Source of the DNA: an uncultured Saprospiraceae bacterium
Lineage (GTDB): Bacteria; Bacteroidota; Bacteroidia; Chitinophagales; Saprospiraceae
Assembly (NCBI GenBank): GCA_937921525.1
Contig: CAKZUM010000221.1
Location: 9,342 to 73,341, forward strand
Direction of reading: 5' to 3'
Length of the DNA: 64,000 nt
The notes below the pieces were generated by a model. It did no database searches. It worked only from the letters and a program-made list of their open reading frames with translations, and was not told where the DNA came from. Positions within the stretch are counted from its first letter, which is position 1; every line of letters begins with the position of its first letter. The position numbers and the translations under genes were made by a program. Shown one piece after another: positions 45,262-55,560 of this stretch.

Positions 45262-46689
45262 ATGAACTTTAACACATTCCAAAAACAACTGCAAGCGTCC
45301 ACCTCTATTGCTTCTTTAGCATTTTTTAGAATGGCTTTTGGTGCTATTATGCTATGGGAAGTTTGTCGATATTTTCACTATGGTTGGATTGACAGATATT
45401 GGATACGACCAGATTTTTATTTTACTTATCCTGGGTTTGATTGGATAAGCCCATGGGAGGGGAATGGGATGTATCTTCACTTTATGTTTTTGGGTGTTCT
45501 GGCTATTTTCATCCTATTAGGATTTTGTTATAGAATTGCCAGTGCATTATTTTTTCTAGGTTTTACTTATATCTTTTTATTAGATCAAGCCAACTATCTA
45601 AATCATTTTTACTTAATTTCTTTATTAAGCTTTTTACTGATACTAGTGCCTGCTAACAAAAATTATTCCTTAGATGCAGCACTTCGGCCAAATAAGGCAA
45701 GCGATACGATTCCGTTATGGGCCTTACGATTAGTTCAATTTCAGATGGCCATTCCTTATATTTATGGAGGTATTGCCAAAATTAACCACGATTGGCTGAG
45801 AGGAGAACCTATGCAAATGTGGTTAAAAGATAGTAGCGCTTTTCCGTTTATTGGTCCTTATTTAACAATGGATGGAATGGCTTTGTTTTTTAGTTATAGT
45901 GGTCTATTATTAGATCTATTAATTGTTCCTTTCTTAATTTGGAAACGTACTCGATTATTCGCTTTTGTAGCCATTACTTTATTTCATTTAACCAATTCCC
46001 AATTATTTCATATTGGAATTTTTCCTTGGTTTATGATCGCTGCAACGACTATCTTTTTTGAACCAGATTGGTGCAAGAATATAATTGCTCGTTTTTATAC
46101 GTCCCCTACCTCTAATGTCTATTCTCGACAAATAGTAAAAAAAGCAAATTTAAAATGGGGTGGATATGCACTAGGTATATATATCGCATGGCAACTACTC
46201 TTCCCATTTCGTCATATACTAATACCAGGCAATGTACATTGGACAGAAGAAGGGCATATCTTTTCTTGGCATATGAAATTAAGAGATAAACGTTCTAAAG
46301 CGACCTTCTACGTAAAAGATCTTGATAGTCCCAATGCAAAAGAATGGAAAATAAAAAATAAACGCTATCTCAGTAAGCGACAACGTAGCAAAATGGCCAC
46401 TCGTCCATTACTAATCTACCAATATGCGCATCATCTCAAGGAAGTATATCAAAAAGAAGGCTATGAAAATGTTCAAGTAAGGGCAGAAATCAATACTTCA
46501 CTAAATGGCAGACCAAGACAATTACTAGTAGATCCTTTTACTGACTTAGCTGCTATTGACCAATATACGTATCCTGGCAAATGGATTAATCCCTTGTATT
46601 TTAGTCTTGGTGATAAAGACTATTTTACGGAAGAGCCGATAAAAAAAAACAAAGTCACACCTGTTGTTCTTGAAGAATCACAACATTGA
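45262..46689 (+). CDS. HTTM-domain protein (vitamin-K-dependent gamma-carboxylase-like polytopic membrane protein)
   Basis: N-terminal LAFFRMAFGAIMLWEVCRYF...WI.P.F.F.YPGFDWI pattern and the multi-TM architecture typical of HTTM. Confidence 0.8.
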   Translation: MNFNTFQKQLQASTSIASLAFFRMAFGAIMLWEVCRYFHYGWIDRYWIRPDFYFTYPGFDWISPWEGNGMYLHFMFLGVLAIFILLGFCYRIASALFFLGFTYIFLLDQANYLNHFYLISLLSFLLILVPANKNYSLDAALRPNKASDTIPLWALRLVQFQMAIPYIYGGIAKINHDWLRGEPMQMWLKDSSAFPFIGPYLTMDGMALFFSYSGLLLDLLIVPFLIWKRTRLFAFVAITLFHLTNSQLFHIGIFPWFMIAATTIFFEPDWCKNIIARFYTSPTSNVYSRQIVKKANLKWGGYALGIYIAWQLLFPFRHILIPGNVHWTEEGHIFSWHMKLRDKRSKATFYVKDLDSPNAKEWKIKNKRYLSKRQRSKMATRPLLIYQYAHHLKEVYQKEGYENVQVRAEINTSLNGRPRQLLVDPFTDLAAIDQYTYPGKWINPLYFSLGDKDYFTEEPIKKNKVTPVVLEESQH

Positions 46690-46886
46690 TGCGTACCCTG
46701 AAAAGGGTATTTACAGAAGGAGAGGCAACGCTCAAGGCATTTTATACCGTACCTCCTTATATAGTAGAATACCATTCATTGTTAAGTGTTTGAGCAAAAA
46801 GATTTGCACAATACAAATTACTTTTGCTCAAACACTATTTTTTTACCGTATCAACTACAGTCCTTCTACTATCTAATCCATACAAA

Positions 46887-47486
<600 letters not shown>

Positions 47487-47525
47487 TACTATATTATTAA
47501 TATCCTAACTAATTTCAGTAATATA

Positions 47526-47936
47526 ATGGATTCCTATAACCAATCAATTATTCTATTTGATGGAGTTTGTAACCTTTGTAATGGCTTTGTACAATTTATT
47601 TTGACTAGAGAAAAAACAGATAGATTAATCTTTACTTCCTTACAATCAGATAAAGGAATGGCTCTATTAAAGGAATACCATCTACCCTTAGAAGAAACGC
47701 CTTCTTCTATTGTTTTTATTGAAGAGGGAAAAGCTTATACTCAATCTACAGCTATCCTCAAAATTGCTAGGCATTTAAAAGGCATTTGGTGTTTAGCTCC
47801 TTACCTTTTAATTATTCCAAAACCGATAAGAGATTTAGTATATGAACTAATTGGCAAAAATCGTTATCGCTTATTTGGAAAAAGTACTACTTGTTGGTTA
47901 CCAACTCCCGAATTTAAAAAACGATTTTTAGTTTAA
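47526..47936 (+). CDS. DCC-family (DUF393) thiol-disulfide oxidoreductase
   Basis: ILFDGVCNLCNGFVQFIL motif (DG-x-C-x-x-C). Confidence 0.85.
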   Translation: MDSYNQSIILFDGVCNLCNGFVQFILTREKTDRLIFTSLQSDKGMALLKEYHLPLEETPSSIVFIEEGKAYTQSTAILKIARHLKGIWCLAPYLLIIPKPIRDLVYELIGKNRYRLFGKSTTCWLPTPEFKKRFLV

Positions 47937-48068
47937 CGCTTCGATCACTAGTCCTCTTATACTTTGAAACATTCTTTTAATTCGGAAGCATTGCTTAAGC
48001 AGGTATATAAGTCTTCGAATTAATAATAGACTTGTTACCCTTTAACAAGTCTAATAAACAAATCTGTT

Positions 48069-48686
48069 GTGAACACCCTCAAAACGATATTTTTTTTTTT
48101 ACTAATTGCCAGTAATATACTACTTCTTAGAAACGCTTCTTCGAGCCCTAAACAAGAGAGCTATTCCTCTACTAATGCCGATTATGCAGAATGGTTAGAA
48201 AGAATCACAAATTCGGAATCCATAGAAAAAGGAAGTATTGTAGCTGTCAAAGCTGGTAAAATAACAAAAAACATCAATAATGCAGAGCAATTATTAGTAG
48301 TCTCTCATCGACCTGCGGTAGCAGCAAATAGGCCATCGAAATCTTGGAGTCGTCATGGTAATTATGTAGCATTCCTAGGACAAGTACCTGTACGGGTAAT
48401 AGGTGCGGTACAAACAGGTGACTACATCATTGCCCAATCAGATCACTCAGGTGTTGGGAAAGCTGTTGCCCCTGCCAATCTCCATATAAATGACTACCAA
48501 CGAATAGTTGGCAGAGCTTGGGAAGCTAATTCAGATGAAGGTCTTAAAAAAGTGAATACAGTTGTTGGACTAGCTACCAATCAATATCTATCCTTATTTC
48601 AAAAACAAGCTGATCGGGAAGAGAAATTATCTGAAAAAATACAAAATTTAGAAGAACAAATAAATAATCTAAAAAAACATAATTAA
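48069..48686 (+). CDS. Hypothetical secreted/anchored protein with C-terminal coiled coil
   Basis: GTG start in the ORF track. N-terminal hydrophobic segment. The middle region faintly resembles Peptidase_G2/IMC-type beta domains (GQVPVRVIGAVQTGDYIIA), a tentative call. Contains a T11 tract at 48090-48100. Confidence 0.55.
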   Translation: MNTLKTIFFFLLIASNILLLRNASSSPKQESYSSTNADYAEWLERITNSESIEKGSIVAVKAGKITKNINNAEQLLVVSHRPAVAANRPSKSWSRHGNYVAFLGQVPVRVIGAVQTGDYIIAQSDHSGVGKAVAPANLHINDYQRIVGRAWEANSDEGLKKVNTVVGLATNQYLSLFQKQADREEKLSEKIQNLEEQINNLKKHN

Positions 48687-48749
48687 GCTTTTTAAAACAA
48701 GCAACGTTTCCCTGTATCCATATCTGGAACATAGAAGAAAAATAGTACA

Positions 48750-49334
48750 ATGAAAAAAATATCAATTTTAATATTAGGCGTTATATTCTTTGCTTGTAAG
48801 AAGCAAGATTCGATTTCGCTTTTTAATGCAGAGTTAGCCGCTATTACCTTTAATGAATATAATCCTTGTTTAGAAAGTTTTGAGGTTGATCCTTTACTCG
48901 TACCCAATGCGATAACAGACATGCTCAACAATCAATATCCTACGGCTAATGTGATTAAGACTAGCGTACAGAATGACAATGGTATGTTGCTTTATGATGT
49001 ACAATTGGATAATCAAAAAGAATTCTTTTTAGATGTGAATGCAACCGTCTTAATAGAAAATACAGTTGAATCAGGACAATCAATAGACGTCCAAAGTTTA
49101 CCCAATACGCTACGTAGTTTTGTAGCGTCTAATTTCTCTGGAGCATCTATCGAAGGGGCTACCAAAATGAATAAATTTGGTAATCAATATCTTCAGCTTA
49201 GCTTGGGTCAGAATAATCAATTGATTTTTGACGCCTCTGAGAATTTCATTTGTGCTAGTGGTGACTTTAATATGGATGAGGATGAGGACGATGAAGGCGA
49301 TGAAGGATATAGTGGAGATGACGATGATGAATAA
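48750..49334 (+). CDS. PepSY-like lipoprotein with acidic tail
   Basis: Signal plus lipobox (GVIFFAC). Modules VPNAITDMLNNQYPTANVIKTSVQNDNGMLLYDVQLDN and LPNTLRSFVASNFSGASIEG.... Tail DEDEDDEGDEGYSGDDDDE. Confidence 0.8.
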   Translation: MKKISILILGVIFFACKKQDSISLFNAELAAITFNEYNPCLESFEVDPLLVPNAITDMLNNQYPTANVIKTSVQNDNGMLLYDVQLDNQKEFFLDVNATVLIENTVESGQSIDVQSLPNTLRSFVASNFSGASIEGATKMNKFGNQYLQLSLGQNNQLIFDASENFICASGDFNMDEDEDDEGDEGYSGDDDDE

Positions 49335-49430
49335 CTCAGTACCTGAAGAAGATAAAATAGGTATCAATCAAATTGATCTATTTACATGCGCTTAGCACCT
49401 TTTTTACCAGCCAAAATGTAATTATAAATA

Positions 49431-50396
49431 ATGAAATTATTAAAATATACCCTTCTTTTAGCTTTGATTAGTGTGTTCGCCTGTGAAAATACGGAAGAAA
49501 TTGATCAATTCAATTTATTAGAAACACCTTGTAATTCTGAATTGGTGTTTATTGATTCAGATAGACTAAACCAAATTTCTTTAATGCCTAATCAAATACC
49601 AGCTACTATAAGAGCATTTATTGCTGCCGAGTTTCCTGGCAGAACGATTATGTCTGCAAAAGAGTTTGTTACTAAGGACCAACAAAACTTTACCGAAGTC
49701 AGATTGGACTTAATCGGCTATTTATTATTTGATGATACCGAAACTTACCGATGTGTAAATTCCTCGACGGAAACAGATAATACGGTTAGTTTAATAGAGG
49801 TCTCGGAAAGTGGCTCTTGTAGCGATAATCTTGTTTCCTTTAAATTTCAAGTACATCCTATTTTAGTATCTAATTGTGCCCAAAGTGGTTGTCATAATTC
49901 AAAAGATAAGGAAGATGGAATTTCCGTAGAAACTTATGAGGAGGTGATGAAAGAAATAAGACCCGGAAATGCTAATAGAAGTGAGCATTATAAAAGTATT
50001 ACGGAAGACCCTGATGATGATGACATTATGCCAGAAAGACCAAGAGATCCTTTGTTGGCATCTGAAATTAAAATCATCGGTGATTGGATAAATCAAGGAG
50101 CAGGGAATACAGATTGTTCCGTACCTTGCGACGCTACCGCTAACTCTTTTAAAGAAAATATTCAACCTTTATTTAAAATGTATTGCTATGGTTGTCACCA
50201 AGCAAATGACCAACAAGGAAATGTTAGCATGGAAGACTATGAACACATCTTGGAATACGTTAGAGATGGGTCACTTTTGGGTTCTATGAAACACGAAAGA
50301 GGTTATGATGCGATGCCGCTTTATTTAGATAAAATGACAGATTGTCAAATTGCCCAAGTAGAGAATTGGATAACTGAAGGTGCGCTAAATAATTAG
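49431..50396 (+). CDS. Lipoprotein with N-terminal PepSY-like module and C-terminal cytochrome-c-like (PSCyt-type) repeats
   Basis: Lipobox (ISVFAC). IPATIRAFIAAEFPGRTIMSAKEF. CYGCH heme-binding motif, plus an upstream related repeat CAQSGCH. Confidence 0.7.
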   Translation: MKLLKYTLLLALISVFACENTEEIDQFNLLETPCNSELVFIDSDRLNQISLMPNQIPATIRAFIAAEFPGRTIMSAKEFVTKDQQNFTEVRLDLIGYLLFDDTETYRCVNSSTETDNTVSLIEVSESGSCSDNLVSFKFQVHPILVSNCAQSGCHNSKDKEDGISVETYEEVMKEIRPGNANRSEHYKSITEDPDDDDIMPERPRDPLLASEIKIIGDWINQGAGNTDCSVPCDATANSFKENIQPLFKMYCYGCHQANDQQGNVSMEDYEHILEYVRDGSLLGSMKHERGYDAMPLYLDKMTDCQIAQVENWITEGALNN

Positions 50397-50507
50397 TGTA
50401 GTGTTTTATCGGCATTGTTACTGTATATTCTTTTTAGATTATAATTATTAAGTGACAGTTTTTATCGAGATACCCGTTTTATTTTTTTATAAAACATAAA
50501 CAACAAC

Positions 50508-50960
50508 ATGAAATCTATCTTATTTATTTGTTTCTCATTCTTATTAGTACTAGGGGTACAAGCCCAAGAAGAAGTAAAGACCTTCACAGATATTGAAAAA
50601 GCAAAAAAACATGCTGCCGAAAATAACCAAGACATATTAATGGTCTTTGCTGGTTCGGATTGGTGTAAGCCTTGTATTCAATTTAAAAAAGATGTCTTAC
50701 AATCCAATGACTTCGTGGATAGACTAGAGGATAAGTTAAGTATCTTATACTTGGATTTTCCTGCTAGACGAAAAAATAAATTATCAAAAGAACAAACGGC
50801 GCACAACGAGGCATTAGCAGAACGATTTAATAAATCAGGAGCTTTTCCTAAAATCGTGTTATTAGACCGCCAAGAAAAAGTCTTAGGTAGTCCTGCCTTT
50901 AAAGGTCAGACCGCTTTAGATTTTGTCCATGAACTAGAATCTGCCTTAACTGCTAAATAG
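50508..50960 (+). CDS. Thioredoxin-fold protein (secreted)
   Basis: Signal peptide. FAGSDWCKPC (CxxC) motif. Confidence 0.85.
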   Translation: MKSILFICFSFLLVLGVQAQEEVKTFTDIEKAKKHAAENNQDILMVFAGSDWCKPCIQFKKDVLQSNDFVDRLEDKLSILYLDFPARRKNKLSKEQTAHNEALAERFNKSGAFPKIVLLDRQEKVLGSPAFKGQTALDFVHELESALTAK

Positions 50961-50966
50961 TACCTT

Positions 50967-51959
50967 ATGCGTCTTTTTATTTTCATCATTGCTTTTGGGT
51001 TTACGCTGGGACAGGTCTTTGCACAAAACAAAATAGAGCAAACAAAAGTACTACTGCTGATGGGCAGTCGGTTTGAAGTAACTGCCGTTGCCGATAATGA
51101 AAGTATAGCATGGAATGCCATTAATGCAGGGATTGAAGAAATTACCCGAATCGAACGTTTGATTTCCTCTTGGGATGCCCATTCTCAAACAAGTGAAATT
51201 AATCGGCAAGCAGGAATTCAAGCAGTAAAAGTAGATAAGGAATTATTTGACCTCATCTTTCGAGCTAAAAAAATATCGACTTTAACCAAAGGGGCTTTCG
51301 ATATTTCTTATGCCTCCATGGATAGGATTTGGAAATTTGATGGTTCGATGACTGCTATGCCTAGTCCTGAAAAGGTGGCGCAAGCAAAGGCAAAAATCAA
51401 TTGGCAAAATATCTTGTTGGATAGAATCCAACAAACCGTTTTCCTAAAAGAAAAGGGGATGAAAATTGGTTTTGGTGCAATGGGTAAAGGCTATGCCGCC
51501 AATCGTGCCAAAGCGATTATGGAAAAAACAAAAGGTATTCAAGGGGGAATAGTCAATGCAGGAGGCGATTTAATTGCTTGGGGCGAAAGTAATACACCTG
51601 AAGGTTGGGCGATAAAAATTGCAGACCCAAAAGACAAAAATAAAATGATCGGTTCGATTCAATTACAGAATCAAGCTATTGTTACATCGGGTGATTATGA
51701 AAAATTTGTGGTGTTTGATAGCAAACGATATGCCCATATCATTGACCCCAGAACGGGTTATCCCACTACGGGTATCAAGAGCGTAACGATTATTAGCCCC
51801 GATGCGGAATTATCCGATGCCTTGGCTACTTCCGTTTTTGTAATGGGGGTAATCGAGGGCATGGCTTTAATTAACAAAATTAATGGAGTAGAAGGTTTAA
51901 TCGTTACGGATGCTGACGAATTACTCACTACCGAAAATCTTAAACTAAATTATTACTAA
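50967..51959 (+). CDS. apbE: FAD:protein FMN transferase ApbE
   Basis: MGS.F.V, S.WD..S, GAMGKGYA, GGD and the IIDPRTG motifs of ApbE. Confidence 0.9.
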   Translation: MRLFIFIIAFGFTLGQVFAQNKIEQTKVLLLMGSRFEVTAVADNESIAWNAINAGIEEITRIERLISSWDAHSQTSEINRQAGIQAVKVDKELFDLIFRAKKISTLTKGAFDISYASMDRIWKFDGSMTAMPSPEKVAQAKAKINWQNILLDRIQQTVFLKEKGMKIGFGAMGKGYAANRAKAIMEKTKGIQGGIVNAGGDLIAWGESNTPEGWAIKIADPKDKNKMIGSIQLQNQAIVTSGDYEKFVVFDSKRYAHIIDPRTGYPTTGIKSVTIISPDAELSDALATSVFVMGVIEGMALINKINGVEGLIVTDADELLTTENLKLNYY

Positions 51960-52177
51960 TGAAAAATTTAATTAAGGGATTTGGCTTTTTGCTGGTTTGC
52001 GTTTTAGCAACTTCCTGTATGGATGTCAAAGCCTACCAAAAAATGTATTTGAATGATTCCGAAATGGAATTAGCTGCTAAAAAATGTGAAACTTTTGAGA
52101 CTAATTTTGAATCCTATCGAGAAGGTGCTGCGGGGGCAAATGGAGGAAAAGTTGGTGGCGGATGTGGGTGCAATTAA
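51959..52177 (+). CDS. DUF4266-family small lipoprotein
   Basis: Lipobox (LATSC). VKAYQKMYLNDSEMEL and the terminal GGGCGCN signature. 1-nt overlap with the apbE stop. Confidence 0.8.
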   Translation: MKNLIKGFGFLLVCVLATSCMDVKAYQKMYLNDSEMELAAKKCETFETNFESYREGAAGANGGKVGGGCGCN

Positions 52178-52199
52178 TTAATTTTTTCAAAAAAAAAGC

Positions 52200-53387
52200 A
52201 TGACTAAGTTTAGTATAATAGGAATACTTTGTTTGTTGATGGCCACTATCAGTTTTGGTCAAAACAGCGAATACGAAATGAAAGGTAATGATAAGGAAAT
52301 AACTGCTGATTTTTTGACTAGTTATTACGACCAAACAGGTAATAATGGTGCTGTAACCGGAGGGGTCGGAACAGAAGAATTACAAGATTATGCCTCTATG
52401 TTAGTCGTAAATGTACCGCTAGATTCTATCAATGCCATTAATGTAACAGTAGGTGCAGATTATTATACTTCCGCCTCTACCGACAATATCAATAGTCGAG
52501 TTTCCTCTGCCTCTAGCAAAGATTTACGTGCTTATGGTACGATTGGCTACACTCGAAAAAAACTCAAACAAGGAACAACCTACGGGGTAAAGGCTAATTT
52601 TTCTACTGAATACGACTACACTTCCATTTCTGGAGGTTTATCTTTTGCCAAAGAATTTAATGAAGGTAACAGCGAATTAAGTTTGAATGCCCAAGCCTTT
52701 TTTGATACTTGGGAGCCTTTCTTTCCGCAAGAACTGCGAGGAGAAGTAAGTGTACCAACTACGGAAAGACAGTCTTATAACTTTCAAGCAACCTATTCCC
52801 AAGTTATCAATCGTCGAATGCAGTTCTCAATCTCTAGTGAGGCCATCCTAATGAAAGGTTTATTATCTACGCCTTTTCATAGAGTCTATTTCGCTAATCA
52901 AACTTTACCTGATATAGAACGATTACCCGATTCCAGATTGAAAATACCAATTGGTTTACGCTTAAATATTTTCCCTACAGATGCGTTTATCCTAAGAACG
53001 TACTACCGATACTATTTTGATGATTGGGGATTAAGAGCACACTCTATGAGTTTAGAAGTGCCTTTCAAGATTAGCACAAGTTTAACTGTTTCACCTTTTT
53101 ATCGTTTCCATACACAAAATCAAGCGGACTATTTCGCACCTTTTGCCGTTCATACTTCAGACGAAATTTTCTATACCTCTGATTTCGATTTATCAGAATT
53201 GAGTAGTCATAAAGTTGGTTTAGGTGTAAAAATTGCGCCTTTATATGGTGTAGGGCGTACCAAAGTCCCTTTTACTAAAAAAGTTTTTACTTTTAAATCT
53301 ATTGATGTTAGAGGTGCATACTATCAGCGTAGTACTGGCTTAAATGCTTTTATTGTTAGTTTGGGTTTGAGCTTTGGGATGAAGTAG
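52200..53387 (+). CDS. DUF3570-family outer-membrane beta-barrel-like protein
   Basis: Position after Trx/ApbE/DUF4266 (a recurrent four-gene cluster). Beta-strand-rich sequence ending ...SLGLSFGMK. Confidence 0.75.
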   Translation: MTKFSIIGILCLLMATISFGQNSEYEMKGNDKEITADFLTSYYDQTGNNGAVTGGVGTEELQDYASMLVVNVPLDSINAINVTVGADYYTSASTDNINSRVSSASSKDLRAYGTIGYTRKKLKQGTTYGVKANFSTEYDYTSISGGLSFAKEFNEGNSELSLNAQAFFDTWEPFFPQELRGEVSVPTTERQSYNFQATYSQVINRRMQFSISSEAILMKGLLSTPFHRVYFANQTLPDIERLPDSRLKIPIGLRLNIFPTDAFILRTYYRYYFDDWGLRAHSMSLEVPFKISTSLTVSPFYRFHTQNQADYFAPFAVHTSDEIFYTSDFDLSELSSHKVGLGVKIAPLYGVGRTKVPFTKKVFTFKSIDVRGAYYQRSTGLNAFIVSLGLSFGMK

Positions 53388-53640
53388 GGATAGTGACATA
53401 CTACGGATAAAAGTAGTCAAAAATATTTTTGTCCAGAACTGACTACCATAGTACATTATACGTGTATCAATTTTATATTTATTATTTTATCAGTGGGTGC
53501 AGTCATTATGTAGAGAGAATCTGGCAACAGCATTCTATAACCGGCTGCATCTACTGATAAAAGTTATAGAGAGTTGATCAGACCACAATTATTTTCTTTA
53601 TTACCAGAATTATTAATATTAAAAAATCTATAGTACCTAA

Positions 53641-53814
53641 ATTAATAGTGCTTTTACTAGTTGCTCTAGATCGTCAGCTAAAAAAGCGGTAGCATTCGAG
53701 TTCTTCATGATAAAGTATTTAGAAATAAGAGGGACTTACTACACGAGAGATACAGGATTGACTGGTTATAGTGGTAGTTTGAATCTTGGGTTTAGTTTAA
53801 ATAAGAAACGATAG
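53641..53814 (+). pseudogene. Remnant of the 3' end of a second DUF3570-like gene
   Basis: The translation ...KKAVAFEFFMIKYLEIRGTYYTRDTGLTGYSGSLNLGFSLNKKR* parallels the C-terminus of the intact gene (TKKVFTFKSIDVRGAYYQRSTGLNAFIVSLGLSFGMK*). The frame is closed by TAA just upstream. Confidence 0.6.
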
Positions 53815-53861
53815 AGAAAGGAAGTACCTTTTTCTTTTAAACGATATATCAAATTTTAAAA

Positions 53862-53892
53862 AGTCTTTTCCTACGGGGAAAGGCTTTTTTTT
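53862..53892 (+). terminator. Rho-independent-type terminator (10-bp stem incl. 2 G-U, tetraloop TACG, T8 tract)
   Basis: AGTCTTTTCC-TACG-GGGAAAGGCT followed by TTTTTTTT. Lies 48 nt after the remnant stop codon. Confidence 0.55.
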
Positions 53893-53938
53893 ATTACTAC
53901 TTTTAATAATATATATAGTAATTTGGCAAATCATTGCA

Positions 53939-54063
53939 CCTCCCAATTCTCTTCAAAACCACCTACTATCTTTACCTTTTCAAGGTAATAAAAAGCTTTC
54001 ACTATTCCACGCAGCGTTTTGACAAAATATCTACGTATAAACTATTATATACTTTCATTAGGC
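53939..54063 (+). repeat. 125-bp direct repeat, copy 1 (upstream of the GDPD gene)
   Basis: About 90% identical (13 mismatches, no gaps, by eye) to 55561-55685. Confidence 0.85.
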
Positions 54064-54117
54064 AAAAAATGAAATTTTTGAAGGTATTTTTTTTTGCACT
54101 ATTTAGTTATCAGACCA

Positions 54118-55005
54118 ATGAAAAAAATATTAAAACATGTATCAATTATAACGTTCATAATAATTTGTGGAATTATAATTCTTGGACAAGTTGAACCAAA
54201 TCCTAATACAATTGAAATGAATACTATGGATATAATATGCTACAGTTGTGGTCGTGGAGAAAATCCTGAAAATACCATTAAGGGAATTGAACATTGCCTT
54301 ACCGTGAATCCAAATTGGAGGATAGAAATGGATGTTCAAATTTCTGCTGATGAACATCTTGTGTTATTTCATGATTACGGAACAAAAAGAACAACAGGAC
54401 AAGATAAGCGGATAAATGAGCTAAAATTGAAAGAAATAAAAGAAATGAATGCAGGATATAATTTTAAAAATAATGGAAATTACCCATACAGGTTATCCCC
54501 CATCAGGATACCAGAATTAATAGAGGTATTTAAAAAGTTTCCAAAAGCAAAATTATTGTTAGATATCCATACTAATCACCCAAAAGTAGTAGCTATTTTA
54601 ATTCAATTGATAGAAACAGAATTCAAAGGAGGTGACTTTATTATAGGCAGCGAATATGATGAAATAATTAAACTACTAAAAAGCGAAAGATCAAATTGGA
54701 AATATGGAGTACCAGAAAAAGAGGCGAAAAAAATGCTTTACAGTAGTTTCTTATATTTAGATGGACTATTCCCTATACAATCTGATATTTTAATGTTACC
54801 TAAAAAATATGGTAACATAAATGTACTCTCAAAAAGGGTTATTAACCATGCAAAAAAGAGACAGATACCGATATGGGCATGGATGTATGAAGGAAAATAT
54901 GTAAAAACAGTAGAGTCAAAAAAGGAAATGGAAGTATTGAATAAGATGGGAATAGAGGGAATATTTACAGAATACCCTGAAAAGTTTTTTAATGAATTAC
55001 AGTAG
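54118..55005 (+). CDS. Glycerophosphodiester phosphodiesterase-family protein
   Basis: N-terminal TM/signal. CGRGENPENTIKGIEHC...IEMDVQISADEHLVLFHD (the HRG/ENT...E.D...T.D...V..HD pattern, with the first His replaced). Confidence 0.75.
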   Translation: MKKILKHVSIITFIIICGIIILGQVEPNPNTIEMNTMDIICYSCGRGENPENTIKGIEHCLTVNPNWRIEMDVQISADEHLVLFHDYGTKRTTGQDKRINELKLKEIKEMNAGYNFKNNGNYPYRLSPIRIPELIEVFKKFPKAKLLLDIHTNHPKVVAILIQLIETEFKGGDFIIGSEYDEIIKLLKSERSNWKYGVPEKEAKKMLYSSFLYLDGLFPIQSDILMLPKKYGNINVLSKRVINHAKKRQIPIWAWMYEGKYVKTVESKKEMEVLNKMGIEGIFTEYPEKFFNELQ

Positions 55006-55034
55006 GTAAAATTTTCATTATTAGTAGAATTAGC

Positions 55035-55490
55035 ATGAGAAATATTTTTGAGCAACAAGTTATGGATGAAATAATTGACCGTATCAATAATCTTACACCC
55101 TCTTCAAAAAGACAATGGGGAAAAATGGAAGTAAGTCAAATGTTAGCACATTGTTCTACCTCTCTTCGATTTGCAACAGGAGAAAGAAAACCTACAAAAT
55201 TATTTTTGATAGTAGGTAAGACCATCGGAGCGTTTTTCAAATCAACCTATTACAACGAGCAACCATTTAAAAAAAACAGACCGACATCGAAAGCATCAAA
55301 AATTAGTGATAAAAGAGATTTTTACAAAGAAAAAGAATTGCTGATAAAAAGTATTGATCAATTAATGACAGAAGGACCTAAAAATTGTGAAAAATATCCT
55401 CACCCTTTTTTTGGAGCCCTTACCTCTAAGCAATGGGGAATGGGTGTTTACAAGCATTTAGATCATCACTTACGACAATTTAATGTTTAA
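55035..55490 (+). CDS. DUF1569-family (DinB-like) protein
   Basis: QWGKMEVSQMLAHCS and the C-terminal HPFFGALTSKQWGMGVYKHLDHHLRQF. Confidence 0.8.
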   Translation: MRNIFEQQVMDEIIDRINNLTPSSKRQWGKMEVSQMLAHCSTSLRFATGERKPTKLFLIVGKTIGAFFKSTYYNEQPFKKNRPTSKASKISDKRDFYKEKELLIKSIDQLMTEGPKNCEKYPHPFFGALTSKQWGMGVYKHLDHHLRQFNV

Positions 55491-55560
55491 AATCAGGCTA
55501 CACTAGGAATAAAAGTGGTTATAACAAAGAACACAGAACGCTTTGCTGAGATAATAGAGA

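Noticed and set aside
53934-54194. 86-aa ORF covering the 125-bp repeat copy 1 and running into the GDPD gene
   Set aside because: The equivalent repeat copy 2 is read in a different context, as an extension of the sigma ORF from 55641. The sequence behaves as a non-coding duplicated module, and the ORF overlaps the better-supported GDPD start at 54118.
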